This document shows positions 1 through 12,752 of a DNA stretch of 64,000 nucleotides, one piece after another. The stretch's first letter is position 1. The number at the start of each line of letters is the position of its first letter. The stretch is from Felis catus (taxonomy: Eukaryota). Below the pieces are notes generated by a model, which ran no database searches, was not told where the DNA came from, and saw only the letters and a list, made by a program, of their open reading frames with translations. Location: contig NC_058368.1 in the NCBI RefSeq assembly GCF_018350175.1, positions 230,580,001-230,644,000 of the forward strand, in the 5' to 3' direction. A program made the translations under genes and the position numbers.

Positions 1-619
1 GGAAAAATCAATAGCTAATCAGTCCGCTGCCTGGATACTAACTACTAGGTATTGTATGTCTGCGTGTTTTATTTCTTTTGCTGGATTAAAATATAACAAA
101 ATAGGGAACTATTGATTGGTTTTCTAGCTTCCAGACACCTCTTCTTTCTCAGAAGCCCGTTATTCGGGACTCTCTCTGAGGCAGGAACATTTGGAGCGCC
201 ATATTGCCCATGTTAAATTAAGCCTTTACTATCAAATGTCACCAGCCAGGAAAGGGAGCCAGTCACTTAAAAATAGAAGCGAAAATATCCAAGTCACTGG
301 CTTTATGGAATCAATAACTTTTTTTCTCGAATGAGAAAAGCAGAATTTAACAACAACAACAAAAAGAAAAGAAAAAAAACCAACAACACACCTGTCTATT
401 CCATCTAGAAGAAAGGAAATGTGACCTCTGCCAGCTCTTTGACTTCAAATACTGTATCACAGTAGTGATTTTTATAGGAAACGCTATACAGAATTTTGTG
501 CATTGAAAAGAAAGTTGCAGTGACTTTGAACAAAGAACAGCAACAAAGGGCAAGAGTTGAACTTGGACTTCTCTTTTCTGTCACTTCTCAGTCAACGCTT
601 TGGTGGTTTTGTGGTTTCA

Positions 620-1600
620 TGGTGTCAAAGATCTATATTCCGATGACGCTCAGATGGGTATCTCTGGTGCGAGTCCCACATCTCTGGGTCTAGCTGTCTG
701 TCCCCCATCTCCATTGGCTGTCCAACAGGCATCCAGATACATCTCCAGACCTGAGTTCCTTACCTTTCCCCCAACCACTGTCCCTCCTCAGTCATTCCCA
801 ACAGCAAACGTCCGTTTGTCCTTGCCGAGGTCCAGGAGAGGCACCTGGCGGTGCCCTTTGACTCCTCAGTCCCCATGCCTGGTCCATCAGCAAATCTGAT
901 CATTCTTCTACATTCTTCCAGGACCTGACACTTCTCACCCTCATTGCTCTTTTCCCCAAATTCCCACCATAGGTCACCTACCTGGTTATTACCATGGCAC
1001 CTGCCTCTGCCGTCACCCCCTACCATCCACTCTCGACACAGCAGCCAAAGTGGCCCTGTTAAAACCTTAACCAGAGCTTGTCACCTGTCCTGTCCTCCTC
1101 AGTGGAAGTGAAATCTTCCTCAGGCACATATAGCTGTACGTAATCCAGCTCTCTGGTTCCCCTCCACACTCGCCTTTTCCCCTCTCGCTGTTACTAACAT
1201 GCTGTGGTCACTGGTTCACATGTGGTTCACATGAGCCATGATCCTGCCTTAGGACCTTTGAACATGCTGCTCCCTCTGCCTGCAGTCCTCTTTCTCCAAG
1301 TGCCCATGTGCTTCTTCCCTCATCCCAACCAGGCATTCCTTTCCACTAGAACCTTTTCTGGCCACTATTCTCAAATCTCACCCCCTTCCCCACTTTGCTT
1401 CTCTCCACAGCACAGGTCACCTTCTAACATATAGCATAACACTTCTTCATCTTGTTTTTCATCCATCTCCCTGCCACTGGAACATTTGCCCACTAAGGGC
1501 AAGAAGCTCTGTCTTATTGGTTCCCTGGGGTGGCCCATGAGCCTAGAGGGGCACCTGGGTCCATTGTAGGACTTGATAAAATTTTGCTAAATAAATGACA
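620..1600 (+). mobile_element. LINE-2 (L2a-like) 3' fragment
   Basis: Pyrimidine-rich L2-like text (ggtccatcagcaaatc, cacagcagccaaagtg, ggacctttgaacatgctg) ending in a degenerate tail aataaatgac; recognised by eye, approximate ends. Confidence 0.75.
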
Positions 1601-1633
1601 AAAGTAAAATGTTTCCTGTCTGGCCATCATCTT

Positions 1634-1851
1634 TTTTTTTAGCTTCGTTAAAATTTTTATTCTTTATGAGAGAGAGAGAGAGAGCACATGAGTGGGGGAG
1701 AGGGGCAGAGGGAGAAAGAGAGAGAATCTTAAGCAGCCTTCACACTAAGCGTGGAACCCCATACAGAGCTTGATCCTACGATCCCGGGATCATGACCTGA
1801 GCTGAAATCAAGAGTCGGATGCTCAACCAAGATTAAGCCACCCAGGCACCC
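1634..1851 (-). mobile_element. CAN-SINE (tRNA-derived carnivore SINE)
   Basis: Poly-T, (GA)n tract and reverse-complement A/B box head. 17-bp TSD tgtctggccatcRtctt at 1617-1633 and 1853-1869. Confidence 0.95.
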
Positions 1852-2966
1852 GTGTCTGGCCATCGTCTTAAAATGAACCCCAAATCAGCAAAACCTTAAG
1901 TACGCAAATTAAACTTTAAAGAAAAACATTTTATATTAATAAAGAAAAACATTTTAAAAATCTAGTTCATTTTCCTCCTAAAACTTACTAGATGTATGCA
2001 GATGTTCAGAATTCCCGAAGAAACACTGTTTTTCCCATTGCTGGTTCTGGGGTTTCAGTTTAGCTCTTTGTAGATGGTTCTTTTAGTTAGAGTGGGGGGA
2101 GGAGCTGCTACCACATTTCAGTTGAGGAATGCTTCGTCTTCAGGGACTCCCATTTCTGGGAAAACACCCAACAAACTATTGGACGATGGTCCTCCTACCC
2201 CCTCAGCTCTAATGAGGATCATCTAAAAGGAATGGCCTCTTCCCGTTTTTGGGTTTTTGTGGTTCTGAGTCTGTCTCTGACACTGGGCATTAGGTATATC
2301 TACTTAGCTCTCTCTGTCTATAGATAGACCTTCATGTCCTTCTGAATGATGTGATGGGGCAGTAGTCCAAATTAGTAGACACGCATACATTTCTTGGCCG
2401 CCTTCCAAAAATGGTAATTATCCTTCTGAGTGAAGTGTTATTTCATCATTCAGAAGGGTTTTTTTTTTTTTTTTTAAAGAATGGTAATAGTTACCTTCAG
2501 TGAAAAGAGCAAACAATATTGTGTCCCTTTAACAAATATAACAAAATGCCATCCATTTCAGCACATTGTCAGGTCCTGATAAAGATGGCCAATATTTATT
2601 TTAGCCAAATCCCTACCTTCTCTGCCAACAAACAAATGAAACTCAAAAAAAATTTAAAAAATAAAAAAATTTTCAAGCATACATAAACACTAGACAGGAG
2701 AGCTATCTGTCACCTGGCAAACATTGGTCATTAAGCCACTGCTATCCGTCCATGGAAAATAATCCCAAAGAGAGTAATTTCATCCTATGTGCTGTTCTGT
2801 TTTGCTACATTTGCAGACAGCACAGAAAATCAAGACTGCATCAAAACCATTACTTAGTATAACATGGACACTGCAAGTAAGTTTTCCAACAGGCAAGATT
2901 ATCTCGTCTGTGAATGTCTTGGTGTCCCATACAAGGCCATGCCTGTGCAAACTGCCTCTTATTTCT

Positions 2967-3195
2967 TTTTTTTTTTTAATTTTTTTTTTTTAAGTTTATT
3001 TACTTTTGAGACAGAGAGAGACAGAGGATGAACGGGGGAGGGTCAGAGAGAGAGAGGGAGACACAGAATCTGAAGCAGGCTTCAGGCTCCGAGCTGTCAG
3101 CACAGAGCCCGACACGGGGCTCGAACTCACGAGCCGCGAGATCGTGACCTGAGCCAAAGTCGGACGCTTAACCGACTGAGCCACCCAGGCGCCCC
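2967..3195 (-). mobile_element. CAN-SINE (felid type), 3' unit of a dimer
   Basis: Full body ending gagccacccaggcgcccc; CpGs largely intact. Confidence 0.95.
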
Positions 3196-3205
3196 TGCAA
3201 ATACC

Positions 3206-3413
3206 TTTTTTTTTTTAATGTTTATTTATTTTTGAGACAGAGAGAGAGCGTGAATGGGGGAGGGTCAGAGAGAGGGAGACACAGAATCCGAAGCAGGCTC
3301 CAGGCTCTGAGCTGTCAGCACAGAGCCCGACGCGGGGCTCGAACTCACGAGCCGTGAGATCGTGACCTGAGCCGAAGTCAGACGCTTAACCGACCGAGCC
3401 ACCCGGGCGCCCC
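3206..3413 (-). mobile_element. CAN-SINE (felid type), 5' unit of a dimer
   Basis: Full body. The 16-bp TSD actgcctcttatttct (2951-2966, 3414-3429) encloses both units. Confidence 0.95.
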
Positions 3414-3429
3414 ACTGCCTCTTATTTCT

Positions 3430-3800
3430 AATGGCTTTTTCACGAACTCTTCAGCCATACCAGTTTGTGTATCATTATTCCCGCTTACGCACCTACAGAC
3501 TTCCCGCTCACCATTCAAAGCTCAGCTTGGGGTGACCTTCCCAGTGAAGGCCACTCTTTGAATTCAGAGCACAGGGGGGCAGCACCTACCTGATTTCTTA
3601 GATTTCCATCGTGCAGTTTTACGTTCGCAGTATCTGGTAGGTTTTCGTGTGTAGATGCCCTGCATCATCCCCCAGTGAGATGATAAGCAGGGATCGGGTA
3701 CCATGTTTATTTCCATGTCCTACAGTGCCCAGCACTTTGCTCTGCCCATAACAGGCACTCAGTACATATGTGCTGAAATAAGGCACTGAGGGGTGAAACA
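3430..3800 (+). mobile_element. LINE-2 3' end fragment
   Basis: gcagggatcgggtaccatgtttatt...cagtgcccagcac...aggcactcagtacatatgtgctgaa resembles the L2 terminus. Confidence 0.65.
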
Positions 3801-5448
3801 CACTGGTATTTATTCTGAAGAATGATCTGGAGAATGTTTGGGGAATCCCAAAGAGAGAGAGGAAGGGGTGGGGGAAATGTCTGTTTCAGCTTCTTCCCAC
3901 AGCTTTCGGGAATAGGAAGAGAGACTAGCTTAGCTGCTCCCTGAAATCCAGCACTCTTGTCAAACTCAGACTCATCCTGCTGCCTCCTTGGAAGAGGCTT
4001 ATGATTGGGTGGGAAATAGTAACGTCTTCCGTGTGTGCCAGGAGATCGTGTTGGCAGACTGTCTCTACCCCTGCGGGTGGTACTGGCAAAGCTGGCAGGG
4101 CACCCTCCCTTGGCTTCCCAGGCAGTGGCTTCTTGTCACACTTTCCGGCAGGCGAGCCGGGGCTGGGATCCGGAAGCATCCTCCCGGTCCTCTTCATCCC
4201 TCCTTCCACTGCCTCGTGAACCTGGCTCTTCCCTAGTTTGCCTCGGCCCTTCACCTCATCCTCTCTGGTTTGCACAGCTGTTTCCCTCTATTATCATTTG
4301 GATGGTTGGGGCACCACATCTGGAATGATCTATAAGAATGTTCCTTTGACTGGTGGCCCTGCACATTCATATTACAAGATCCATTCTTCTAATTCAACTA
4401 ACCTTCTACTCACTTCATCAGCTAGCTGAGCCTCTGTCTAAGCAATACGTTCTCGATCGGTTCCAAGCTCCAAGGAGCACAGACAAAATTTGATTCTCTC
4501 TGGGGTCGGGAAGGGACCATTTCTCAAAGGAGTCTGCCGGCTCCAAACACAGGTAACCCCCAGGAGAGATGGATGAGAAGGGAGCCCCAAATCTCCAGAT
4601 GTACCTAGTGGTGGACATCACATGCTTTCTAACATTAGTGAAATCATGAACAAAATAAGGGTGATTTCTTGTCTAGGGGTTAATTATTCTTTAAGCAGTA
4701 AATCCACTGTTGTTTCTCTTCCCTTTTGGGGGTTTTCAGATTATCCTTTTCATTAATTGCAGGAAGCGGGGGTCAAGGGCCTGGAGGCATTCCCTTCCTA
4801 TCTTTTTTCTTTCTTGCCACAATGTTGAAATAGTCAGGTGAAAGATTTTATCTGACCACCGTAGGCTGTTTATAGACAGCGGTTGCTGGTCATATTTAAA
4901 GGACAACATAAAAAGTTTCATTTAAGTGGAAATAGAGACTGAATGAAAGAAAAGTTAGTGAATTCTGTCCATAGAATGACCTCTTACATGCCACATTTTT
5001 ACCTAGGGAGAAGTGTATTTTCTTTTGGAAAACTGTAGGGGTGGGGCGGGGGGTGGGAGTCTTGGTTGTGTCTGTACTGTCCTGAATGCTGCCTAGCTTT
5101 GTAAACATTTCCTTTCATTTAGTGATCTCACAGCTGAATTTTTTGAGATGTGCATCCGTGGAATTACAGAGCTGGCAGTACCAATCTTCATCCAAACTTC
5201 GGGATGCATTTTTATTCAATTCTCGAATCATGAGCACATGCTCAGGGGAATAAAGAGACACCTAAATCAGGGTCTCCATCTCCAAGAAGCATTCCACATA
5301 TTCCTCAGGAGGTTATTACTCAAAGTTTATCGAAATTCTTTGGCTCAGGATTGAAACACATCTTGGTCATCATCCTGTGTTACTGAGAATATCACTTGGT
5401 ACCCACAGGACAAAACTAGAGAACAGAGAGCTCTAAAACTGTAGGGTC

Positions 5449-5452
<4 letters not shown>

Positions 5453-5502
<50 letters not shown>

Positions 5503-5526
5503 CGTGTGTGCGTGTGCCTGTGTGTG
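5453..5526 (+). repeat. (TG)23 microsatellite with imperfect TG extension
   Basis: Perfect TG run 5453-5498, then tatgcgtgtgtgcgtgtgcctgtgtgtg. Confidence 0.98.
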
Positions 5527-7356
5527 TTTTATTTTCTCATCTCATGTACATGGCTTGCATATGGCAGAACATTCTGGGATATGGGCATCCCATTGCGGAG
5601 GGCAGCGCTCTCACAGGTCAGTCATTGCACAGCACTGAGGGCGCCTTCTTTACCCGTGTTCTTGACCCTGGGTGCTCCCACCTGTGCCTAGGAAAAGACC
5701 AAGAAGCTCTAGAGACCGCCATGCAACCGGAAGGCCGTGCGTTATTTTCATCCCTGGAAATGTGTGCGCTTCACTTTGTTGAGTAGGTTTGAGGACGTTT
5801 TAGAGACCTACCTTCTCTGCTTTTCAAACGTGTTTCTTCAGACCCTGGCAGATGTTGTTTTAATTAAAACACATGCAATTTCAATTAGTATTTTAAAAGG
5901 AAGCCTGGTTTCCCAGACAAGGTGATTTATTGGAGCACTCTTTGCCGGCTCTTTAATAACTGGATTTCACAAAGCCAAATTCTAGGCAGCAGGAAAGCTG
6001 TGTGCTTTGGCCAAAACTTGGTATCTTCAGATTAGGTGCCTGTGTTAGAGCCCCCAAACCCAAGAGCCTAATCTCGTGAATGCTGCCCTCCTTTCCAGTG
6101 GAGCCATAGAATCTTCGTTAATTAACTTTGGACACCTGTTGGGGAATTTTGGTGTCTGCGCCTGGCAGATAAGAATTGCTTAGAAGGGGAGTTGTAAATA
6201 AATCGAAGAGCCAATAATTATTTTATTAAACAAGACTTAATGATTCACCCCTTGGAATGATTCCCCTTCCATGTGGGGAAAAGGCAAAACTGACTGAAAT
6301 TTGTGGTTGATCCAAATTTCAGAACCTCTGCTTAAAGACCTCGAAGAAAAGAGGGAAAAATCCCCACGTAACTTTACCCTGACTAGTTAGATATTCATGT
6401 TATGCCTAGCCAAACAGTTTCAGGAGAAAATGATTTTAAGAAGAGAATACATGAGAAATGAAACAGATCTCTTGACAACCCCGAATCTTGAGACTCTAAA
6501 AATAGAAAAGAAGGTTTTAGCAGAGTCGTGTTTTTAAGTTGTATTCCTTGTACACGTAGACTACCATCTTTCCCCCTTGCCTGCTTCAAAAAAGACTTTT
6601 TTGATCCTGTGGAAAGAATTGATATTTTTACTCTTTGATACTAAAAATAGTGGATTAGAAAATAGCTGAAGAGTTTAAAGACGAATATCGTTTTAGCATC
6701 TGGGCTTATGTTTCGTTGTATTTATCGTGCCGGAATTGAGGAATTATAGAGCAGGCAAGGACAGCCATTACTGGGGGGTTCTGGTTTTAAAACACAGTGT
6801 GTAGGCTGGTACCATACTTTGAGTGTACCAGTCAGTGGTTCTGCCCTGGAGGACATCTGAGGCAATACAAGAGGAGAAGGCAGACGGTGTAGAGACGGGG
6901 CGGCCATCCCAGGAGGAAGGACACGGGGAGCCTCAGGCAAGAGAGGCTGGGGACCCAGGAGGCAGATGGCCGATGGAGGTGCAGCCTGCGGCCAGGACCT
7001 GCGATGCTGGTGTGGGAAACAGCATAAGCACAAAGAGCAGAGTTTGCTCCTGGAGAAGAAGCAAGCTTGAGAAGACAGAGTTCATCCATTCAGCCTATCA
7101 GACTAGAATCAAAGAGACACTTGCTTCCGAGGAGAGAGGAAGCAAAGACTCATTCCCAGCCGTGATTCACTAAAATGTTCTGAGTTGTTTCAAGAAGCTT
7201 AGGTGAAATTCAGAGATTTCTTCTCTTCTAACTAAGAAAGTTCATGAAAGGTCATTTACTGTCTAGCAAAAAAGCGTAGCCTTTTTCCCCAAATGTATTT
7301 CTTTTTTAAAAGGCGAGGTCCTTTTTTTTCTTTTGGTCCAGATTTTTTTCCTTTCT

Positions 7357-7506
7357 TTTTTTTTTTTTTTAATTTAAACTCAAGTTAGTTAACATATGGT
7401 GTAGTATCGGTTTCAGGAGCAGAATTTGGTGATTTGTCGCTTACATGTAGCATCCAGTGCTCCTCCCAACAAGTGCCCCGTTTAATGCCCATCATCCATT
7501 TAGCCC
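7357..7506 (-). mobile_element. Carnivore L1 extreme 3' end (heavily 5'-truncated)
   Basis: Poly-T followed by caagttagttaacata...gtttcaggag...cccaacaagtgccc, homologous to 13152-13270. Confidence 0.85.
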
Positions 7507-9159
7507 AATAATGAAGCAGCAGAAAAAGAAATCAAGGGTTTTTTTTCAAATTTCAAATGAAATTTCCCTATTCAGTTTTGTGCCTTATAGTGTCTTTGAA
7601 CAATGTCGGGTAAAATAAACGGCTTTGGAGACGAACGATAAAGGACAAGTGACTTGTTTCCTAAAGCACATAATATCCTCTGAGCCAAATTTTATCATCC
7701 TTATTAGTGAATATAGGCAGCTGAACTTGACACGGTACCAGCCAGGCTGGTGCAGGCATATAGTAATGTGCAATGTGTTGCTTTTAATTAGGAGTCACGA
7801 GTATTCCGACACCAACATGAGGTGGCATTCAATGTGCAAGATAGATCGAAAGATTTTTTAAAAAATCCCCATGGTCCTCACTTTGAGACTTGAACAGTTT
7901 CATTTCCTCATCCGAAAGGAAAATTGTAGCCATGAAATGGACAATGGTGGGGTTAAAGGTTTTAACTGAATATTAATTAGCTCCAGAAACTGCTACCTAG
8001 CCTCTGCGTGAGAGTCTGGTCCATTTTAGGAGTGGTCTTGTTTTTCTTACAAGGTCAGAATACAGCGGGTATGTGAGAGACAACCCACAGGCTTCTCTCA
8101 CCAGCAGATGGTCACGGAGGGGCCGCTGTCCTGGGACCACGGGGAATACTGTAGTGAGCAAGGCTTCAACTTGCTCCTCTGGACCAGCGTTCCCACTAGG
8201 GCGCACCATGGATGGGTGACAAGTGTGCTAGGGTTGTGATTCCCTCCGCATCACGGTCCGGGTAGCACCTGAGTCTGCCCACCCACCCGGATCCGTGACC
8301 TCCGACAGGGTATAGCTGTCGTCCCACGGAGCTCTCACCCCGACACATTGCAGGTGCTCTGGTTTCTGTGTGTGTCATGCTGAGGTAGCAATATGGAAGT
8401 TCTGCCCAAGACGGACCTCCCACCTTCACACCCTGTACGAGACATCGTCACCGTGTCACTCTCCCTGGCGCCCAAAAGGTTGGGCATTCAAATCCTCATC
8501 TCCTTCGTCCTCAAATACTAACCCAAACCCTGGTCTTTGACTTGCCTTCCTGTTTCCAGTGATAGAAATGGATAGAAACTAGGGGTCTTTTTCTTCCTTT
8601 TCTTTATCCCTGCAGACGCATCACGATGCTTTCCTTGTACTTCAGGGAATTTCTTGAATTCTGTGTGTCATTCCTGTGTTGTTCGCCGTTGTGTCTCACG
8701 TGTGGCATGGCGGGTCCAGTGTGCACGGAGCTCCCTGCCTGGGGCACTTTGCCCCCTCCACCTTCCTGTGATGCACCCCCACCTCACTCTTCACCCTGAA
8801 CTCTGGGCAGTACTCCGGCTAAGGGCTCCTCGTAGCCTCCACGATATGAACGACCTGCTGGCACCTGCCGAACGGGGCCATGTTGGCACGTGGTATTTGA
8901 GTAACAGGTTGAAGTCATACATTGTGCTTTCATAAACCCAATTCCCATTGCCCTGTGTAGATTTTCCTAATTATTCAAAATTGGTTTGGAGTTTTAACCT
9001 ACACCACAGCATCTTTGACAATGGAGACCTGCCTGCCCTCACCCTCCTTCCTCACCCTGAGCATACCACTGCCCCTACGTCCCCCCAAATAGAACTCCAT
9101 GCCTTATTTTTATTGTGCAAACCAAAGCAGACGAGAAGCACTTTGTCAGGACACAATTC

Positions 9160-9280
9160 ATAATCTCAGTTGTACATTGGAATCGCCTGAACCCACCCCC
9201 AAGAGATGCTCAGGTATTAGCACTTATTTTGAGGCTCCCCGGGGGATTGTAATATATGGCCAAGGCCGAGAACGTTCTCA
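9160..9280. mobile_element. Possible MER5-type hAT MITE remnant
   Basis: gtacattggaatcgcctg...ggctccccgggggattgtaatatatggccaagg resembles MER5; degraded. Confidence 0.4.
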
Positions 9281-10196
9281 AAGACCCGTCGTAAATAAAA
9301 CCAGCCTGCTGATCTCCTGCAAAGCTGTCTTCTTTCAATTTTGAAATCATTCATAACGACAAGTCTAACCCTAAGCGTTTTTTGGTAAGACCATTCCATT
9401 TCTTTGATTGGAACACAAGATTTTTCCTCCAGAAATTATTCCGTTCCATACTTTCCTTACGGTATTGTATGTAATGAATAATGACTTTGAAATAGCTCAT
9501 TTCAGGTCATATCACCACTAATGATATTGATATCTAGACCAGAAGCATAGGAACGTCATGTGGGTATTATTACTCCCTTGTGTTAGTACAGTTTTTCAGA
9601 ACACAGATGAACATGTCATGGGCTTCTTTGGCGTGGCAAGGCACATTGTCACTTTACCTTTCCGCTTAATAAAGCTGTTTATGCTGAAAGACAAATTTAA
9701 TCAGAAGGACGAGTGTAAGGAGCTTGTTGAAAATATCACACACAAGTGTAACACTGACTATGGAGGTCAGTACTTAGAAGACCACAGGGAATGTCTCATA
9801 TCTTCTGACGGGGGCCGGGTTTTGCCGTTGACATCACCCTTGCTCACTCGGTGTCTGAGCTCCCCCACCACCCAGGAAGCCTGCATGTGTCCAGCGTGGT
9901 TCGCTGGGAGATTTGAAAGTACTGTTCTCCCCAGCACCGCCCACCCGCAGCCCCAGTCTTAGCTAATGTTTGGAACCCAAAACCCTGATCCTTCAAGCAG
10001 CATCCAAATCTTCCCTGCATAGGCCCATAGCTTCTTCGAGATTGTGTCCGCCTAGGTGTGGGGGTGAAGAAAGGCCCTCAGGGTATCTGTTAGCAAGGAA
10101 AGGAAAAGAAAACTAAATAGAAAATTTACAAATTAATACTTTGAGATGTAATCCTGCCTCAAAACCATCCTTCAGAAATGCTAGAGTTGGGGGGGG

Positions 10197-10382
10197 GGGG
10201 CACATGGGCGGCTCAGTCAGTTAAGCATCCAATTCTTGATTTTGGCTCAGTCATGATCTCATGGTTTGTGGGTTCCAGCCCTGCGTCGGGCTCTGTGCTG
10301 ACAACAGAGATTCTCTCTCTGCCTCTCTCTTTACCCCTCCCCTGGCTCACAAGCTCTCTCTCAAAATAAATAAACACTAAAA
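10197..10382 (+). mobile_element. CAN-SINE
   Basis: ggggcacatgggcggctcagtcagttaagc head, CT tract and A tail; TSD aaatgctRgagt on both sides. Confidence 0.93.
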
Positions 10383-11164
10383 AATGCTGGAGTGTTAATC
10401 TTACCTTTTGGAGAACCATTTTTCTTGAACTAAAGCTACTTACCTCTTCCCAAACATACTCTTCTTGGCTGCCACCTTATACCTTATGCCTGAATGATTT
10501 TTAAAATGTGTTCTCCTTGATATGCAGAGGCGATGCCAGGCAGCGTGTGCTTCAAGTTGCTTTTGAATCTGTTGTGACAGGATTCCTCAGATGCCCCTCC
10601 ATCTGGTCCCCTCCCCCACCCGTGACGAGCAGTGTATGTTGCTCGCGGGGCTCTCTGCGGTTGGGTATGGAGGCTGCATCAGCTACGGGGAGAAGTTATG
10701 CGTTCCTCTGAGGATCAGACTTTTGACTTTGCTTTTTTGGCGGGCTGCTAATGTACCAAACTGAGGAATGGCGGGCAGTGGCGAGACCCAAGGAGCAATT
10801 CCATCGACCTCACTGGACATTCCTCAATGGACCTGATACTCAACATCATAGTGTGTGCCTCACCCCCCTTCTGTGACACCTCACTTACCCAAAGGAGCAA
10901 CATTGGAATCGTATTCCATTGTCACCAACTCTCACTGTTGGTCCAGGCTGGGAGAGAAGAGGTAGTGAGTAAGAAGAGGTAGGGTAGATGATGAAACTAG
11001 CAAGAATATTTGTTGATGAAGAAAAAGGGTGTTGTTTCTAAAGCGTCATTATAGGGGAAAATGCAGAATTTCCACTTACCTAGTTTCCATTAGGCAAAGG
11101 GCTAGAACTACCTGAAAACAGTTGAATTACAAAGTAGGGGGGCCTCCCCTGGATCAACGTTTTA

Positions 11165-11395
11165 TTTTTTATTTATTTTTTATTTTTTTTTCAACGTTTA
11201 TTTATTTTTTGGGACAGAGAGAGACAGAGCATGAACGGGGGAGGGGCAGAGAGAGAGGGAGACACAGAATCGGAAACAGGCTCCAGGCTCTGAGCCATCA
11301 GCCCAGAGCCCGACGCGGGGCTCAAACTCACGGACCGCGAGATCGTGACCTGGCTGAAGTCGGACGCTTAACCGACTGCGCCACCCAGGCGCCCC
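11165..11395 (-). mobile_element. Young SINEC_Fc-type SINE
   Basis: Near-consensus CpG-rich body; perfect TSD tggatcaacgtttta at 11150-11164 and 11396-11410. Confidence 0.97.
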
Positions 11396-12627
11396 TGGAT
11401 CAACGTTTTAAATGCTAAGCATGTGACCGTATGAGCCAGTTGGACATTGACGATCTATGAGCAACAGACGAGGAATTCCAAGCATTCAGTAACTAAGTAC
11501 AGTCTGCAACAAAATCCATCTTAAATGGGTGAGGGAGCTCATACGTAGAAACGCGACTGCGTCGGCAGTAACTAGGCGCACTCGGGAAGGGACGGGCTGG
11601 CTGACAGACTTTGCCATCTTCCCACGTTGGCTTAAGGCAGCATCTCAGCAATCCTGCCTTGTTCCGTTTCCCACTGACTCCAAAGGCAACCCCAGGCGAG
11701 CCTGCTGAGCTATAGGCGGGGATGGAGTGGAGGTTTGGGGGGTGTGGAATGGGAGCCGTACCTGGAGAGCAGTGCCGGGGAGACAGAAGGAACTGCAGAC
11801 AAGAGACAATATTGATGACAAGTAACCTGTACCCGTCTGCTCCCTAAAGCGTGGGGCAAATCGAAAGTGGCACATACAAAAGGCAACCCCCTTGAATGTC
11901 AGTCTAACTGGACTAACAAATCAGTTAGTCTAACAAGAACAAGGGGGTTGAAAGGCGTCCAGCCTTCACTATAAATTTGATGAATCCATTATTTTTCTCT
12001 AAATATTCTGCCGAACTTCTTGAAACAAATGCTGCATTTCTGTGTTGCTTCGGTAAGGGATTTTAACTCCCAGAACAGACAAAGCCAGGTGGGCCCAGGC
12101 CTGGGGCGGGGATCCAGTCAGGTGCGGTCTTTCTTATCCTCTGGGAGAGCAGATAAGAACGAGTAACGTTCCAGGAATCTCCTGCTAATGAGAGGGGGAC
12201 AGTGGGGAAGGAAGGACAGACAGGTGTGTGGACTGGACCTCCCATCGTGGAGGCACATCTTCCAGTGACTTCCATGCTTCCTGTCACACCGTCTCTTCTC
12301 ATGTTTCTGTAGCCCTCTGCCCAGGGATGGTGGCAGCCAGCCTCTATGTTTTTTGGAAATCTCCAGGCTCAGGGCCTTTCACAGATTACAATTTTGCTCA
12401 GTTGTTTTTTTGTTTGTTTCATTTCAGAGACCTGGCAGATTCTTTATTTGGGGAGGGTCCAAATACACGCATAAGATTAGCCTCATCACTGGGCTGAAGC
12501 TAGTTGGTATCTTTGCATGGACGATGGAAAGGGAAAGAGAGGAGACCTCCCTTCTTAGGCTTCCAATAAAGGCCTGAGGAAGGACTCCATTCCCTGATAT
12601 TCCTCTTTTCCCTGATGTTCCCTGAAG

Positions 12628-12752
12628 TTCTCTCTCTCTCCCTCTCCCCCTCTCTCTCTGCCCAGCCCTCTTTCTCTCCCTTCCTCTCTGTCTCCCTCCC
12701 TGTCTCCCTTTCTGTCCTCTCTCTCTTTTTCATTCTCTCCTTCTCTCTTTTT
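12628..12752 (+). repeat. CT-rich low-complexity polypyrimidine tract
   Basis: About 125 nt of almost pure C/T. Confidence 0.9.

Noticed and set aside
5452..5786. CVCVCV ORFs in three frames
   Set aside because: Translation of the TG microsatellite.
8192..8207. CTCF-like CCACTAGGGCGCAC within a mildly CpG-rich patch (8180-8470)
   Set aside because: Mismatch at a near-invariant G of the core. The patch, like 32400-32620, is too short and weak to call a CpG island by eye.
11122..11418. Near-identical peptides in ORFs 11122-11418 and 58596-59081 suggesting a duplicated gene
   Set aside because: Both are translations of antisense SINEC_Fc copies.
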